A stretch of DNA of 64,000 bases from the human T2T-CHM13v2.0 reference genome, Homo sapiens (GCF_009914755.1 NC_060925.1), one strand, 5' to 3'. Shown: positions 45,018 through 62,489, counted from the first letter of the stretch. Translations and numbers: made by a program. The notes: generated from the sequence alone by a model not told the origin.

Positions 45018-48000
45018 TTTTAAGGAATATATATATTATTTTAAGAAAGAACTATATATATACTATATTATATATGTATACTATAGTATATATGATATAT
45101 ATACTGTATTATATATATACTATATATATACTATATATGATATATATATTATATCATATATATAGTATATATATCATATATATAGTATATGGGATATATA
45201 TATCATTTTAAGGAATATATATATATTATTTTAAGAAAGAACCATATGATATATTATATATATCATATATACTATAGTATATATGATAGTATATATATAC
45301 TATATATGATATATATACATAGTATATATGATACTATATATATAATATATTATATATATCATATATATTTATATATAATATATTATATATATCATATATA
45401 TTTATATATAATATATTATATATATATATATTTATATATAATATATATATTATATATATATAATATATATTCATATATATGATATATATCCCATATATAT
45501 CTATATAGATATATATTATATATATATTTATATTTTATATTATATTATATATTATATGATCTGTAATATATCTATTATATATGATCTATAATATATATTA
45601 TATATGATCTATAATATATCTATTATATATGATCTATAATATATCTATATTATATATGATCTATAATATATCTATATTATATATGATCTATAATATATCT
45701 ATATTATATATGATCTATAATATATCTATATTATATATGATCTATAATATATCTATATATTATATATGATCTATAATATATCTATATATTATATATGATC
45801 TATATATTATATATCTTATATCTTATATCTTATATATAAGATATATATCAGATATTATATATAAGATATATAATGTATAATATATTATATATCAGCTATA
45901 TAATATATATTATATAAGATACATATATTATGTATTACATACATAATACATATGGTATATTATATATTATATATCATAGATTATATGTAAGATATATAAT
46001 ATATATCATATAGATAAGATCTTATATAATATATATAAGATTGTACATATATCATAGTTAGATCTTCTTGTTGAATTGAGCCCTTATTATTATATAATGG
46101 CCCTCTTTGTCTTTTTATGTTTATTGTTTTAAAGTTTGTTTTGCCTGAAATTAGAATAGCAGCTCCAGCTTTTTCTGTTTTCCATTTCCTTGGTATATTT
46201 TTCTCCATCTCTTTCTTTGAGCTTATGCATGTCACTTTATGTGAGATGGGTCTCTTGAAGACAACATACCATTGGATTTTGCTTCTTTATCCAACTTGCC
46301 ACACTGTGCCTTTTAACTGGGGCTAACCCATTTACATTCAAGGTTTGTATTGATATATGAAGACTAGATTCTGTCATTGTGTTATTATTAATAGCTGGTT
46401 ATTATGCAGACCTGTTTGTGTGGTTGCTGTATAGTTTCACTGGTTCATGTATTTAAGTGTGTTATCGTAGTGGTTGGTAATGGTCTTTCCTTTCTATATT
46501 TAGTACTTCCTTTAGTACTTCCTTCAGGACGTCTTTTAAGGCAGATCTAGTGGTAATAACTTTCCTTAGAATTTGCTTGTCTGAAAGGGATCTTATTGTT
46601 GCTTCACTTATGAAGCTTAGTTTTGATGAATATGAAATTATTTGTTGGAAATTATTTTATTTAAGATATTATTTAAGAAAAAAAAAAGAATGCTAAATAT
46701 AGGCCCCCAATCTCTTCTGGCTTGTAGGGTTTCTGCTGACAGTTCTGCTGTTAGCCTGATGGGGTTACCTTTGTAGGTGACCTGCCCCTTCTCTTTAGCT
46801 GCCTTTAACATTTTTTATTTCATTTTGACCTTGCAGGATCTGATGACTATGTGTCTTGGAGATGATCTTCTTGTGAAGAGTTTTTCAGCGGTTCTCTGCA
46901 TTTCCTGAATTTGAATGTTGGCCTTTCTAGTGAGATTAGGGAAATTTTCATGGATGATATCTTAAAATATGTTTTCCAAGTTGCTTGCTTTCTCTCCCTC
47001 TCTTTCAGGGACACTAATGAGTCACAGATTTGGTGTCTTTACATAATCCCATGTTTCTCAGAGATTTTTTCCTTTTTCTTTACTGTTTTTTCTTTATTTT
47101 TGCCAGAGTGAGTTATTTTTGAGATCCAGTGTTTGTTCTCTCAGATTCTTTCCTCAGCTTGGTCAATTCTGCTATTAATTCTTTGATTGTATTCTGAAAT
47201 CCTTGGAGTAAGTTTTTCAGCTCTATCAGATCAGGTTGGTTCTTTCTTAAAATGATAATTTTGTCTTTCATGTCCTGTATCATTTTATTTTTATACCTTA
47301 GAATCCTTGGATTGGGTTTCAACTTTCTCCTGAATCTCAATGATCTTCATTCCTATTCATACTTCGAATTCTATTTCAGTTCTTTCAGCCCCTTTAGCCT
47401 GGTAAAGAACCATTGCTGAGAAACTAGTGCAGTTGTTAAAGGTAAGAAGACACTCTGGCATTTTGAGTTGCCAGAGTTCTTGTGCTGGTTCTTTCTCATC
47501 TTTGCGGGCTGATGTTCTTTTATTTTTTGAAGTTGTCCTTTGGATGGGTTCTTTTTTTTTTTTCTTTTAACCTCTTTTATGTCCTTGGGGGTTTGACTGT
47601 GGTATAAAGTGAGTTGGTTGACTGGATTTGTTTCTGGAATGGTTTAGGGGGCCAAGCCCCAGCTCAGGATTCCTGGGCTGCATCCTCTAATTCTGGGGAG
47701 CTGGTATCAGGCCCCTGGCTTTGTTCTCTGTCCCCTTGAGGTTAGGGATCTACTGTACTGTAGAGGCTGAGGTGTTCCCAGACCACTGGTCACAACATTC
47801 TGCTGGGTGGTGCCAGCCAAAGTGCTTCATTGAGTGATGGTAGTGGGATCTGTGATCATTTGCAACTACCACCAACAGCAGCAGCATGGCAGGGTGCACC
47901 CTTGTTGACTGAGGTGTGGCACTGGCAGGCACATGGGTGCTGGCCTCCATCAGGGTGTTTGCAGTGGTGGTGGTGACAGAGTGACATGGGAGAGGGGTGT

Positions 48001-48105
48001 GGGGCTTCTGGCATCCATGGGTGTGTTTGCACCAGTAGTGGTGGTGGCACGGGGGCAGAGCACTGGCAGGCATGGGGCTGGCACCCTCCATGCATGTGTT
48101 CAGGC
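43593..48105 (-). mobile_element. L1PA15/16-PB-age LINE-1, internally deleted (5'UTR, ORF1, EN domain, ORF2 C-terminus)
   Basis: Decayed ORF2 peptides in the ORF track: LGIYPKEYK...IAKTWNQ (43592-43882), FFSSAHGMYSKIDH (44438-44800), GAPRFIKQVL...IVGDFNT (44818-45018). ORF1 remnant at 47113-47340; GC-rich 5'UTR about 47600-48105. RT region missing at a junction near 44303. Confidence 0.92.
44962..46055. repeat. Complex AT-rich repeat: (AT)22, larger duplicated block and 23-29-bp minisatellite
   Basis: (AT)22 at 44972-45015; block tatcattttaaggaatatat...ttttaagaaagaac present twice; ten gatct-anchored units at 45558-45801. Confidence 0.95.
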
Positions 48106-49320
48106 CAGTCAGCCACTGTTTTTGACACTTGGGATACTGCCCTGAACAAGACAGAAGAAAGTTTCTTCCTCTGTAACAGGAATCCCTAGTTGATCATTTT
48201 GGGCTGTTTCCAACTTTACACATTGTAACTGTGAATCTTTCCTGTGCCTATAATTATTTCTTAGTTATATATTCCTAGAAATGCTTGTATATTATCAAAC
48301 AGTACAAACATTTTTCAGGCTTTTGGACAAATATGCCAAATTACCTTCCGAAAGGTTTACATTTATATCACACACCACAAATGAACAGCATGACTATTTC
48401 AACAGTCCCTGACAAACAGTATCCTCCTTTCTCCTTCCATTAAGACAATAAAATCAATCCTTGACTAAGCTACCAAAATAAGAGTACACAGGTTTAATTC
48501 AGATATGTAACCAAAAATAAGCTCTTGTTTTCAGCCTCAGTACATTTATATTTAATGTAAGAAATTTAAATATACTCAATCATTATTTCTAAACAGTATA
48601 CCTAAAAACTTTAGATAGTCCTTTATACAAAGATTTCATTTATAAAAAGTGCAACTACAGTAATAATAATAAGAAAACAAAATTTCTTGGGCAAAATTAG
48701 GTCATTCTCGTATTTTGGGGAAACTAGAAACCTGGCTGCCTTATACAAGCAGTGATTCATTAATACTAATTGGTGCTTTTTTTTCCATGCAAGAGAGAAA
48801 ACTGTTCTAGATCCTAATCATTCCTTATTACAGTAACAGCAGGCTGTATTTAATCCGCTACTCAACTCTTCAGTTACAGAATCAGCTGACCTATAATTAA
48901 AAGACATTTAAGTCTTAGAAGGAAAGAAAAACAAATCCTAATGACAAACAGATAGCAGAAATTCCCAACCATGCTTCCCTCACCTTGGGTCCTCCCACTT
49001 CTGCAATCCTGCTGTCAACTTCACTCAATTCTTTTCAGGGAAATGGAAAAACTGCTCCTTCTCCACTCTAAAATTAAATAATAAGAATGAGCATGTGACA
49101 TACACAATTACACCAATGTCTAAATATGTTAGGATGGAATTATAATTTTCTCTTTATATTTAATATTAATTGTCTTTGAATATAAAATTAATACATATTT
49201 ATGTGAGAATTTTGAAAAATATAAAATACGTAAGAAGAAGTAAAAAGCCTTGCTGCAGAGAGGTATACATTATTAATAGTATACTGTGTTTTCTTTCACT
49301 CTTTTTGCTATATATACATC

Positions 49321-49614
49321 TTTTTTTTTTTTGAGATGGAGTTTTGCTCTTGTTTGCCCAGGCTGGAGTGCAATGGCACGATCTTGGCTCACCACAACCT
49401 CCACCTCCCGATTCAAGCAGTTCTCCTGCCTCAGCCTCCTGAGTAGCTGGGATTACAGGCATGCGCCACCACTCCCAGCTAATTTTGTATTTTTAGTAGA
49501 GACGGGGTTTCTCCATGTTGGTCAGGCTGGTCTCAAACTCCCGACCTCAGGTGATCCGCCCACCTCTGCCTCCCAAAGTGCTGGGATTACAGGTGTGAGC
49601 CACCATGCCCCGCC
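49321..49614 (-). mobile_element. AluSp-like SINE, full length
   Basis: Dimeric Alu with caatggc, tttctccatgttggtcagg, cccgacctcaggtgatccgcc. Confidence 0.96.
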
Positions 49615-49654
49615 CATACTTTTGTATTAAACATACACATACAATTTTGTTAAT

Positions 49655-49905
49655 GGTTAGAAAATTGAGGCAAGACTGTGAGTTGAAAAGCACGCAGGTT
49701 CTACAGTTGGACTGCATGGGGAAACATTCTGATTCTGCCTCTTTTTACATGTGTGTCTTTGGGCCAGCCACTTAACCTCTCTGAGCTTCAGTTTCCTCAC
49801 TTGTAAACTGGTAATAAAAATAGCACATATCACATGAGGATATTCTACAGAATGAATAAGATAAATATCTGCCATGTAATAAACAGTCAGCAAATGTCAG
49901 CTACA
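49655..49905 (+). mobile_element. MIR SINE
   Basis: tgtgtctttgggccagccacttaacctctctgagcttcagtttcctcacttgtaaactgg. Confidence 0.85.
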
Positions 49906-49919
49906 GTAAAGCTTTTTAA

Positions 49920-50990
<1,071 letters not shown>

Positions 50991-53740
50991 GCCTTTTTCA
51001 TCAAACTTGTTTTAACCACCTCTCAGAAACAACCAACACAATTCATCAGTGTCATGAAGAGTTGTTTCTCGTGCAACAAATATAACAAGAAATTTTCATT
51101 TTTATACAAATAAGAAAGCATACATTTCCATTAGTAAGTTCATATTTGTCAAGACAGATCCAGGATTTCTTTCATCTTGCTAGTATCTTCATGATATTTA
51201 CTAGTTATGGTGGCCAATTAGAGTAAACTATGTCCACTTCCAAATATAAATTTCTTTGTAGAATTTCTCCTTTGAGAAGTTTTGTAATAAAGAAAGACCC
51301 CAATTTGTTTTTCTAATAATGTTAGGGATGAAGTTGATAATGGTATGTCTAAGAATAGTTCTTGAATAAAAGAATGGCCTAGATTAAAAACAAAAGTGCA
51401 CTTGTTAGCACCAATAGATTTATAATAACTTAATGGAATGAGACATTGTAAATAACGTTGAGGCTCAGCAAGAGTTCAATGGCAAAAACAGCTGTGACTG
51501 ACTTGTCAAGGTTGTCCTGGGAATGTGAAGTAAGGGAGTGGCATGTGTGCCCAGTGGATATCCTCTTATTGGTTCCTTTTAGAATCTATTCTATTTCTAT
51601 GGTTTTATAAAGAAATGTTTTTTGTTTTGTTTTATAATGAACTAATGCTTTTAAAAATCCTAGACAAAAACAAACAATCAAAAAGCTCCCATGAGCTATA
51701 CTCTTCTCCAACCAGCATTGGGGTACTCAATATGTGGCTTTTTGAGACTCATACACTTCCCTAAGCCTCCTTCTGCATATTTTCAGGTCTTATTAAAACA
51801 AGGACTCCCTTACTTGAAGTGTTAACTTCTCTGTCAAAATGGCAAATGCAGTTTCTCAAATGAATTTTAGTAGCTATTTAGTGGGTTGTTAGATTACAGA
51901 TCATATGTCAGAATGATGCTATGTGAGTCTAGGGCACACTTAAAAAAAAAATAGACACATCCCTGGGTGAAGGAGTCAGAAAGGAATAGACTAGTGTTGG
52001 AAAATGCATTGAAATCAAGTATGATGCCCAGATGATGCTAAAACCATCTTTACAATATCTCCTTCAGGTAGTGGTCTCCCCCAGGCTTGAACACCACCAG
52101 ATACTATGAGCTCTCATGCTATGAGAACTTGCATTTCTAAAACACCTGCCTTTACACAGCAACCCTGAAAAGGGGATATGTTTTTCCTATTTAAAGATAG
52201 GAAAATCAGCTCAGAGTAGTCAAACGGCTGAACCAGTATTTAAAATCAAGTATGTACAACATTAAAAAATGATGCTGTAACTCCCAGTGTTACCACAAAC
52301 TTGAACCCTCAAATTTATGAAAGAATAAATTTCTTCTCTATTTGCTTAAGAACCTCATTCAATAAATCAAAATTTATTTTACTGATTTGAATAAACTGAA
52401 AGATAAATCAATTATGCTTCATAAAAGGCAGTTTTTTTTTATTTTCAATCAGCTCAGGAAGTGTTTCTACTTTACCCTCCAATATACTCATTTGACCTGT
52501 TAATATTGTTGCAAAATCAGTCTTAGCTTACTTTAATGACTAGCCAAGACTAGACTAATCTGAGTTGCTGTATTGATTGCCTATGTAAAATCTGCTAAAA
52601 GATTTGAGAAGCATTTTGAGCTTTTAAATAAGTGAAGAATCTGTAAGTTGCCTCAATCTTACTCGCTTATTGAATTAGCATGGAAAACTCTATGAAGACA
52701 TGGAATAATTTAGTTCCTTAATGTTTCCTCACAAACTAGAATTTAAGTACTATTCATTCCATGTCAGCTGATAGGTGCATTCTACAATATGCCCACATGG
52801 TTTGTATGTCATTCTATACTTCTGAAAAACTATAGTTTGGTCCACTGCTAGATACTAGCAAAAGGAAATTGAGCAGTAAGTCTTGTAATGACCAGTTTGC
52901 TCATGAAACTGCCTTTTCGTAGTTGTCAAATGAAGATTTCCTAACAAGTGATTTAGAGAAACATTCGCCAAGTTTAGAACCTACTCAAACCTTGTTGATT
53001 TCAAGTTCTGGCCCAAATTCTAGTCATTGGTTTTGTTGGCAAAATAGGACTTTCTGTTTCTTAGAAAATCAGCAATAAAAATCTTCTTGGACATTTAAAT
53101 TGCTTTACAAAACATTTTGATGAGTTAAATATAAATGAAATAGAAACATAAGGCTTACATTTCCCTTAAACACACAAGAGATTGTAAATAAAGGGAAAAT
53201 GTTCATGGAAACATGTTTGGGAATATGCTAAAACTTTGAAAAATACTTAGGGACATTCGATGAGCCCAAGTGCAGCTGGATCTTGCTCAGCCATGACTCT
53301 TTTTTTTTTTTTTTTAAAGATAATGGATTATAAATAAAAACATATATTAATAATTCACATAAGGGATGATAGCAATGGAAGAAAAAAATCCCTCTGCATT
53401 ACTTATCCAGATGGAAAAATTCTGACAGGCTTGAAAAAATAAAACATGGGAAAACTGAAAAGTTTTATCTCTCACATAACACAGTTGTTTTTCCTGCAAA
53501 ACACAACAGAATTACAAAATCCAGATGATTAAAAATGTGGAGGAAAAACTGAGTATCAGGTATGGCTGTCAAATTGAATTAGTTTTTATTCTCAAACTGA
53601 TCTGAAAACTAGAACTTTTCACATTGGTATACATGGGAGATTATATACATATACATACACGTAGAGAGGGAGAGAAAGAGAGATAATCTAGAATTTAAAA
53701 CCTTTAAAGACAACACATTTAAAAACGCTTAAAATGTCCA

Positions 53741-53873
53741 CTGGGTGCAGTGACACGTCTGTGATACAGAAGTCTGAGTCAGGAGGATTGCTGGAGCCTA
53801 AGAGTTGGAGTCCAACCTGGGCAACATATTGATACCCCTATCTCTAAAATAATAAAAATAATAAAATAAAATA
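53741..53873 (+). mobile_element. FLAM/Alu left monomer
   Basis: ctgggtgcagtg...caggaggattgctggagcctaagagtt...cctgggcaacata...tctctaaaataataaaa. Confidence 0.8.
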
Positions 53874-54317
53874 GAATTTAAAAAACCCTCTTAATCTGTA
53901 CCTGTGTAAGAAGAAAGCAGTAAGAAAATGTGATGTTTGGACCTATCCCGAATGTCTTCTTACTTGAATCAATGCAAGGTTCATGCTTTCAAATAACTGT
54001 AGACTTGATAAGTTACAATGAAAACTTTGATGAAAAGCCTCATATTGGCAATTCTTAAATCAGGATTGCAAGTCCTTGGATTGCAGTGACCTGTTCTTTG
54101 GGGAACTCTTAAAGGATATTCAATGAATTAACATTCCCAAATATCATGTACACAGAGCAAGTTCAAATTTCCTCCCTGAAATAAACCACAGCTTAGTTGA
54201 AACTAATATAGCTCATTCACTCTTGTATTCACTCATTTAATATATAATTATTTGCACCCCCTACTGGTGCTAGTCACTATATTAGCTAGCCACTAAAAAA
54301 ATACACAGTATGATCTC

Positions 54318-55090
54318 TGTGGTATAATAAAAATATATATATATATGGTCTTTGTTTCTAGTTCCTGGCACAGAGCTTCTAAACCACTTGGCATTTTCTG
54401 AGTGATAAAAGTGTCTTCTATTATTCATAGTGACCCTGTTTGTAACATACCTGAGCTTAGGCTAACAAGCTGACTCACGGTGGGGTCTTAGACAGTTTCC
54501 AGGGAGAAACTGGCCACTCCAGAAATAATGCCAAACACTTGAATATAGAGTTGAAACTTTCAGCACCACTTTCTGGCCTCCAGGAAAGAGAAAGGGGCTG
54601 GTGTGATCTCAAATCACATGGCCAGTGATTTAGCCAACCATGCCTACGTAACAAACATCCAGATAAAACTCTGAAACAACTAAGTTCAGGAAGCTTCTGG
54701 GTTGGTAAAATCATTGATGTTCCAGGAAGGTGGTATGCCTACAGAAGACATGGAAGCTGTGTATCCCCTTTGTTTCCTCAATAAATATCTTGCCGCATCT
54801 GTATCTTCCATTTGGTTATATGATACAGCGCTTTCGGTGACTTCTGTAAGTTCTGTGAGTGATTGTAGAAGATCATCAAAACCGAAGGTAGGTCATGGGA
54901 TCCCTTGAATATGATCAGAATGAAAAATAGCCTAAAGACGCTGAACTTGCAGCTAGTATTTGAAGTGAGGACAGTCTTATGGTGGACTGAGCCCCTTAAC
55001 CTGTGGGGTCTGTGCTGACTCCAGGTAGTTGGTGTTAGAATTGAATTGAATTGTTGGACACTCAGCGTGTATAAGAAAATTACTGTTGAA
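54318..55090 (+). mobile_element. MER21B/C-like solo LTR (inserted in an L2 tail)
   Basis: ggtctttgtttctagttcctggcacagagcttctaaacc...gtggactgagcccttaacctgtggggtctg...agaattgaattgaattg; L2 text on both flanks. Confidence 0.85.
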
Positions 55091-56096
55091 TGTACCCTCA
55101 AGAGCTTCCAGTTTAGTAAAGGTGACAGACACATTCCTTGAGGAAGAGAAAACTACAAGCCAGTCTCACATGTGAATATCAATTTGAAAATCTTAAGTGA
55201 AATATTAGCAAACAACTAGCAGCACATCAAGAATCCCACATTCTACTTAAGAAGGGTTCACTCCAGGAAAGCAAAGGTGATTTGAACTAAGGAAATTCAT
55301 TAATGTAATCAATTTTATTAGCAGAGACAAGGATAAAGATCATATGATATACTTGTAAATGTGAACAGGCATTTAACAAAAATTCAATACACATTCATGT
55401 TAAAAATTCAATCATATATTAATGCAATATATATTTTACATATCAATGTAAAATGAGTTTAACGTGAATATTCATCAATGTTAAAGGGCATTCATTGTTT
55501 TTTGACATGCTGAGTTAATTTGTGTGTATACATATTTTATGTATGTGTCTACATATGTATATATATGTACAACTAATATATATCAATACCAAAGAAAATT
55601 ACCAATCATGGAAAAAGGTACAAAACTACAACATTTAATGAGGATAAACATCAATAAGTCAAAGAGATCCAGAAAAAAAATTTTGTTAAATTTGTAAATT
55701 AATTTAGGAAGAATTTTTGTCTTTATGATGTTGAGTATTACCATGCAAGAACATATTTAACCTTTCTATTTCTTCAAGCCTACTTTGTGCCATTCAGTGT
55801 GTCATATGTATATGTACGTATTTATGTATTTTTCAACCACAAGGCCAACATCTTATTTAATATACAGACACTGGATTTTTTTCCAATAACGTCAAAGAAA
55901 ATAAGGATGTTCATTATATTTACTTTTATTTAATATTGTATAGATGTAATAGCCAATGCAAATAGCCAAAAGAAAGTAAAGGCATAAAAGTTAGAAAAAG
56001 GTAAAATTATCTCTACTTGCAGATGATATGATGGCATATATAGAAAAACCTGAAAGTATCAATTCAGTACTAACATAAGCAAAATAATTTAGTTAA

Positions 56097-56386
<290 letters not shown>

Positions 56387-56499
56387 TAATGAAATATTTT
56401 TTCTCTATCAGTTTGATTTAATGATGTTTATCTTCATTAAATGTTGTAATTTTGTGCCTTTTCCCATGACTGGTAGTTTTTGTGTATTGATATTATTAG

Positions 56500-56668
56500 G
56501 TGTGAATATTTTGGGGATACACATGATATTTTTATACATGTATAGGATGTGTAATTATCAAATTAGGATAATTGGGATAGTGTAGCCTCAAATATTTACC
56601 TTAGTTTTGGGAACACTACAAATCTCTCCTTGCTATTGTGAAATATGCAGCAAATTGTTGTTAACACA
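56500..56668 (-). mobile_element. L1MA-type 3' end fragment
   Basis: ggggatacacatgatatttt...tgtgtaattatcaaattagg...cctcaaatattt...aaattgttgttaac. Confidence 0.7.
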
Positions 56669-57529
56669 ACCTTAAACATGCCATTGGGCTTATTTTTCCC
56701 CTTTGGGGCTAGACAAATAAATGATAAAGTTCATTAGAGAGAATAAAAAAGCAAGAATAGCTAGGAAATCCCAGAAAAATAAAAGCAAGAAATGAAATGA
56801 AGAATACTTAGCCAGATATTAAAGCATATCACAAAAGCTTTATAGTTAAAATAATGCAGTATCAGTACATAAATACACAGACCATTGTAACAGAAAAAAA
56901 CAATACATTGATCACTTATGCAATCAAGAAAGGCATTATTGCAAACCACTGATGACAAGGTGTATTGTTTTATATATATATATAAAATATATATAACTGG
57001 ATAGCGAAAGAGAAAGAAAATTAGATTTTTTTTAAAGAAGGGAAGCACATTTTATTTGTAGTGAACAATAATTCTAATTGAGTTGAATTATATTACTGTT
57101 GATCTTAGAAACTATAGAGGCTTTACATATTTCTCAGATGCATAATATAATCTGTAAGGTGATTACTATGTGGAGAAAAACAAGGATAAAAGAAACCAAA
57201 ACTGGAAATGGTGCATGATAAAGGAAACCAGAAGTGAGTATATTCCCACTAACTTTGAAATTAGAACCAAAAAAATTAACTTCAGTTTGTTTAGCATAAG
57301 AGCATTTGCATTGCAGCCTTTTTTGATATGTAAGATAATGCCTGCAGAGTTCTAGTATTGTGCTCAGTAAAAGTAATATTATCGTTGGATTTCATATCCC
57401 CTGAAATTCCCAAAATGATACGTGTATATAACTCCTGACAGATTAACATAATATACATGTATTCAAATTTTTATTTTTAAAAATCAGTTTACTCCAGATA
57501 CCGAGATCCTCTTATAATTTATTTTCACT

Positions 57530-59600
<2,071 letters not shown>

Positions 59601-59861
59601 TCTATCATTAGTTTTGAAAAGTTGTCAACTATTTTTACTTGAAATATGTACTCTGCTCCTTCTCTCTTGTTTTGGTATTTTGACTATACATATGTTATAC
59701 TTTCAAATTGCCTCATAATTTTTGGATATGCTGTTCTGGTTTTATTTTCTTTCTCTTTTCCTTCTCAATTTAGGAAGTGTTTATTAACGTTAATATATCT
59801 TCAAACTCATTGAGTCTTTCTTTGCCCATGTGCAGTCTATTAAGGAGCCTATCAAACACAT

Positions 59862-59990
59862 TCTTTTTAACATTTTTTTAAATTTTTTACTTTTTTAAAT
59901 TTATTTTTTATTTGTAAAGATGGTGTCTTGCTGTGTTGTCCAGGCTGGTCTCAAATTTCTGGCCTCAAGTAATCCTCCAGCCTCAGCCTC
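59862..59990 (-). mobile_element. FLAM_C/AluJ left-monomer fragment
   Basis: T-rich tail, gatggtgtcttgctgtgttgtccaggctggtctcaaatttctggcctcaagtaatcctcc. Confidence 0.8.
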
Positions 59991-60932
59991 GCTTATTTCT
60001 GTTACAGTATTTTTTTATTTCTAGCATTTTAAAAAAATTCTTTCTTTGAGTTTACATATTTCTGCTTACACTACCCACCTGTTCTTACATGTTGTATACT
60101 TTTTTCACTAGATCCTTTATTATATTAACTTTAGTTATTTTGTTCCCTCCCTGAAAATTGCAACATCTGTTTCATAATAAAGCATGGTTCTGATATTTGA
60201 TTTCTCTTCAGACCATTTTATTTATTCCCGTTTGTCATGCTTATAATTTTTTTAAACTAGATATGTTGTTTCAGGTAATAGAGATAGAGGTTAATAAGGT
60301 TTTAGTGTAAGGATTTCATTTCCTTCTTTCTACTTACTCTGAGTTTAAGTTCCTCCTTTTTTCCAAGCTTCATAAGCTGGAAGCTTATATTATTGATTTT
60401 AAACATTTGTTTTTTCAGACGTACACATTTCAACCTATACATTTTTTCTAAGTAATGTTTTAGCTTCATCTTGCAAATTTTGATGTATTTGTATTATTCA
60501 GTTAATCATATTTTTAACTTTCTTGTTTCTTTTTTATCTGTAAATTGTTTATAAGTGTGTTGACTAATCTGCAAATACTTGAAGATTTTCTATATATCTT
60601 ACTGTTATTAAATTCTAAGTTAATTCTATTAACTTAGGGAACTCACTCTCTATGATTTGTCTTTTGAATTTTACTGAAACAGCTAAATATAGTCTTTCTT
60701 GCCAAATGTTCTATATCTACATAAAAAGAAAGTTGCAATAGTGTTCTGGAATTCTCAATTAGTTGATGACATTACTCAAATCTTGTATATTCCTGTCACT
60801 TTTTTCTTCTTCTAGTTCTACTAATTACTTAGAGAAGGGTGCTAAAGTCTTTAATAGATACAGTTGATTTGTTTAACTGTAGATATGTAAACTTTTGTTT
60901 CATATATATTTAAGTTCTATTATTTTGTTATA

Positions 60933-61364
60933 CAGTTGACCCTTGAACAATATGAGGGTTGGGACACTGACTCCTAGTACAAGTGAATATCCATGTATAA
61001 ATTTTGATTCCTCCAAAACTTTACTAATGGCTTACTATTGACTGGAAGCCTTACCAATAACATGAACAGTCTATTAACATGTATTTTTTCTGTTATATGT
61101 ATTATAAACTGTATTCTTACAATAAAGTGATCTAGAAAAAAGAAAATTATATTAAGAAAATCAAAAGGAAGAGAAAGCATATTTACTATTCATTAAGTGG
61201 AAGTGGATTCTCATAAAGGTTTTCATCCTCATCATCTTCATATGGAGTCAGCTGAGGAAAAGAAGGAGTTCGTCTTGCTGTCTCAAAGATGGCAGAGGAG
61301 GGAAAAAAGTCTGCATAGAAGTGGACCCACATAGTTTAAACCCACATCTTTCAAGTTAAAATTG
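60933..61364 (-). mobile_element. Tigger2a (MER28)-like DNA transposon fossil
   Basis: TA + TIR cagttgacccttgaacaa; internal tttactattcattaagtggaagtggat...gtcttgctgtctca; degenerate right TIR. Confidence 0.88.
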
Positions 61365-62489
61365 CAATAATTTTGTTGAGTTGATCTTTTCAATATTGTG
61401 AAATGACTCTCTTTATCTTTGATAATACTTTTGTCTTAATGTCTCCTTCTTTCTTGATATTTGTATGGTAATTATTTTACTATCTTTTTACTTTCAACCT
61501 ATATATGTCTTTATATAAAAAGGACATCTGTTTTAGACAACATACAGCCGAATATTGCTCCCATATTCAGACTGACATCTCTTTTAATTGTAACAATTTA
61601 TTTACATTAGTTATTAATTTACCTTGGTTATTAGTTAGTTATTGATATGATTGGGATTAAATCTACATCTTGCCTTTGGTTTTCAATTTGTCCTTCTCTT
61701 TTTTAATCTTTTTCTCTTTTCTTTTCTTAAGATAATCAAGCATCTTTTAAAATCCCACTTTTTCATCTATTGACTTTTTAGACATATCACTGTGTATTAT
61801 ATTTTCAGTTTCTCTTGGAGAGCAATATGCATACTTAAATTATCACAGTCTACCCAGTATTAATATTATAATACCTCATAAATACATAAAAACATTAAAA
61901 CAATATAAATCAATTTATAGTCCCTTTTATAATTCTCACTGTTATTGTTATATATTTTGCTACTATATACAGATATCAATATGCAGATATATAAATATGT
62001 GTTACATATATACATATTTTTCTCTTTATATCTTATTAGAAATACACTGTTATTATTTTTGCTTTAATAAGCCAATCAACTTTTAAGAAATTTAACAAAA
62101 AGTAGTAGTTTAAAAATGTTTTATTTCTTTCCAGTGTTCACTTTTTTGGTACATTTATCTGACATAATTTCCTTTTAACCTAAAATTTCCTTTTAGCACT
62201 TCTTATAGTACAAGTCTGCAACAATTCTTTAAATTTTTTCTTTTAATGCAAACATGGTACTTCATCCTCTCTTCATTTTTGAAGGATATTTTTGCTGGAT
62301 ATAAAATTATAGGTTGACAGGGTTTTTTATTGTTTTGGGTTTTTGTTTGTTTGTTTTTTGGAGGGTGGTAGCTTAAAAATATAGCTCTGTTTTATTCTGA
62401 ATAGAATGTTTCTCATAAGAGATCAGCCAACTTTTTACCATTGTTCCCTTGCAGGTAGGATGAAATAAGTACCTCCCACTATCTCTGGC

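Noticed and set aside
44818-45482. Ile/Tyr-rich ORFs
   Set aside because: Translation artefacts of (AT)n repeats.
45551-45810. Regular 23-29-bp repeats as a CRISPR-like array
   Set aside because: No unique spacers, no cas genes, primate context; it is a minisatellite.
53689-53883. tagaatttaaaa repeat as the FLAM TSD
   Set aside because: The upstream copy is about 40 bp from the element start and is low-complexity AT sequence.
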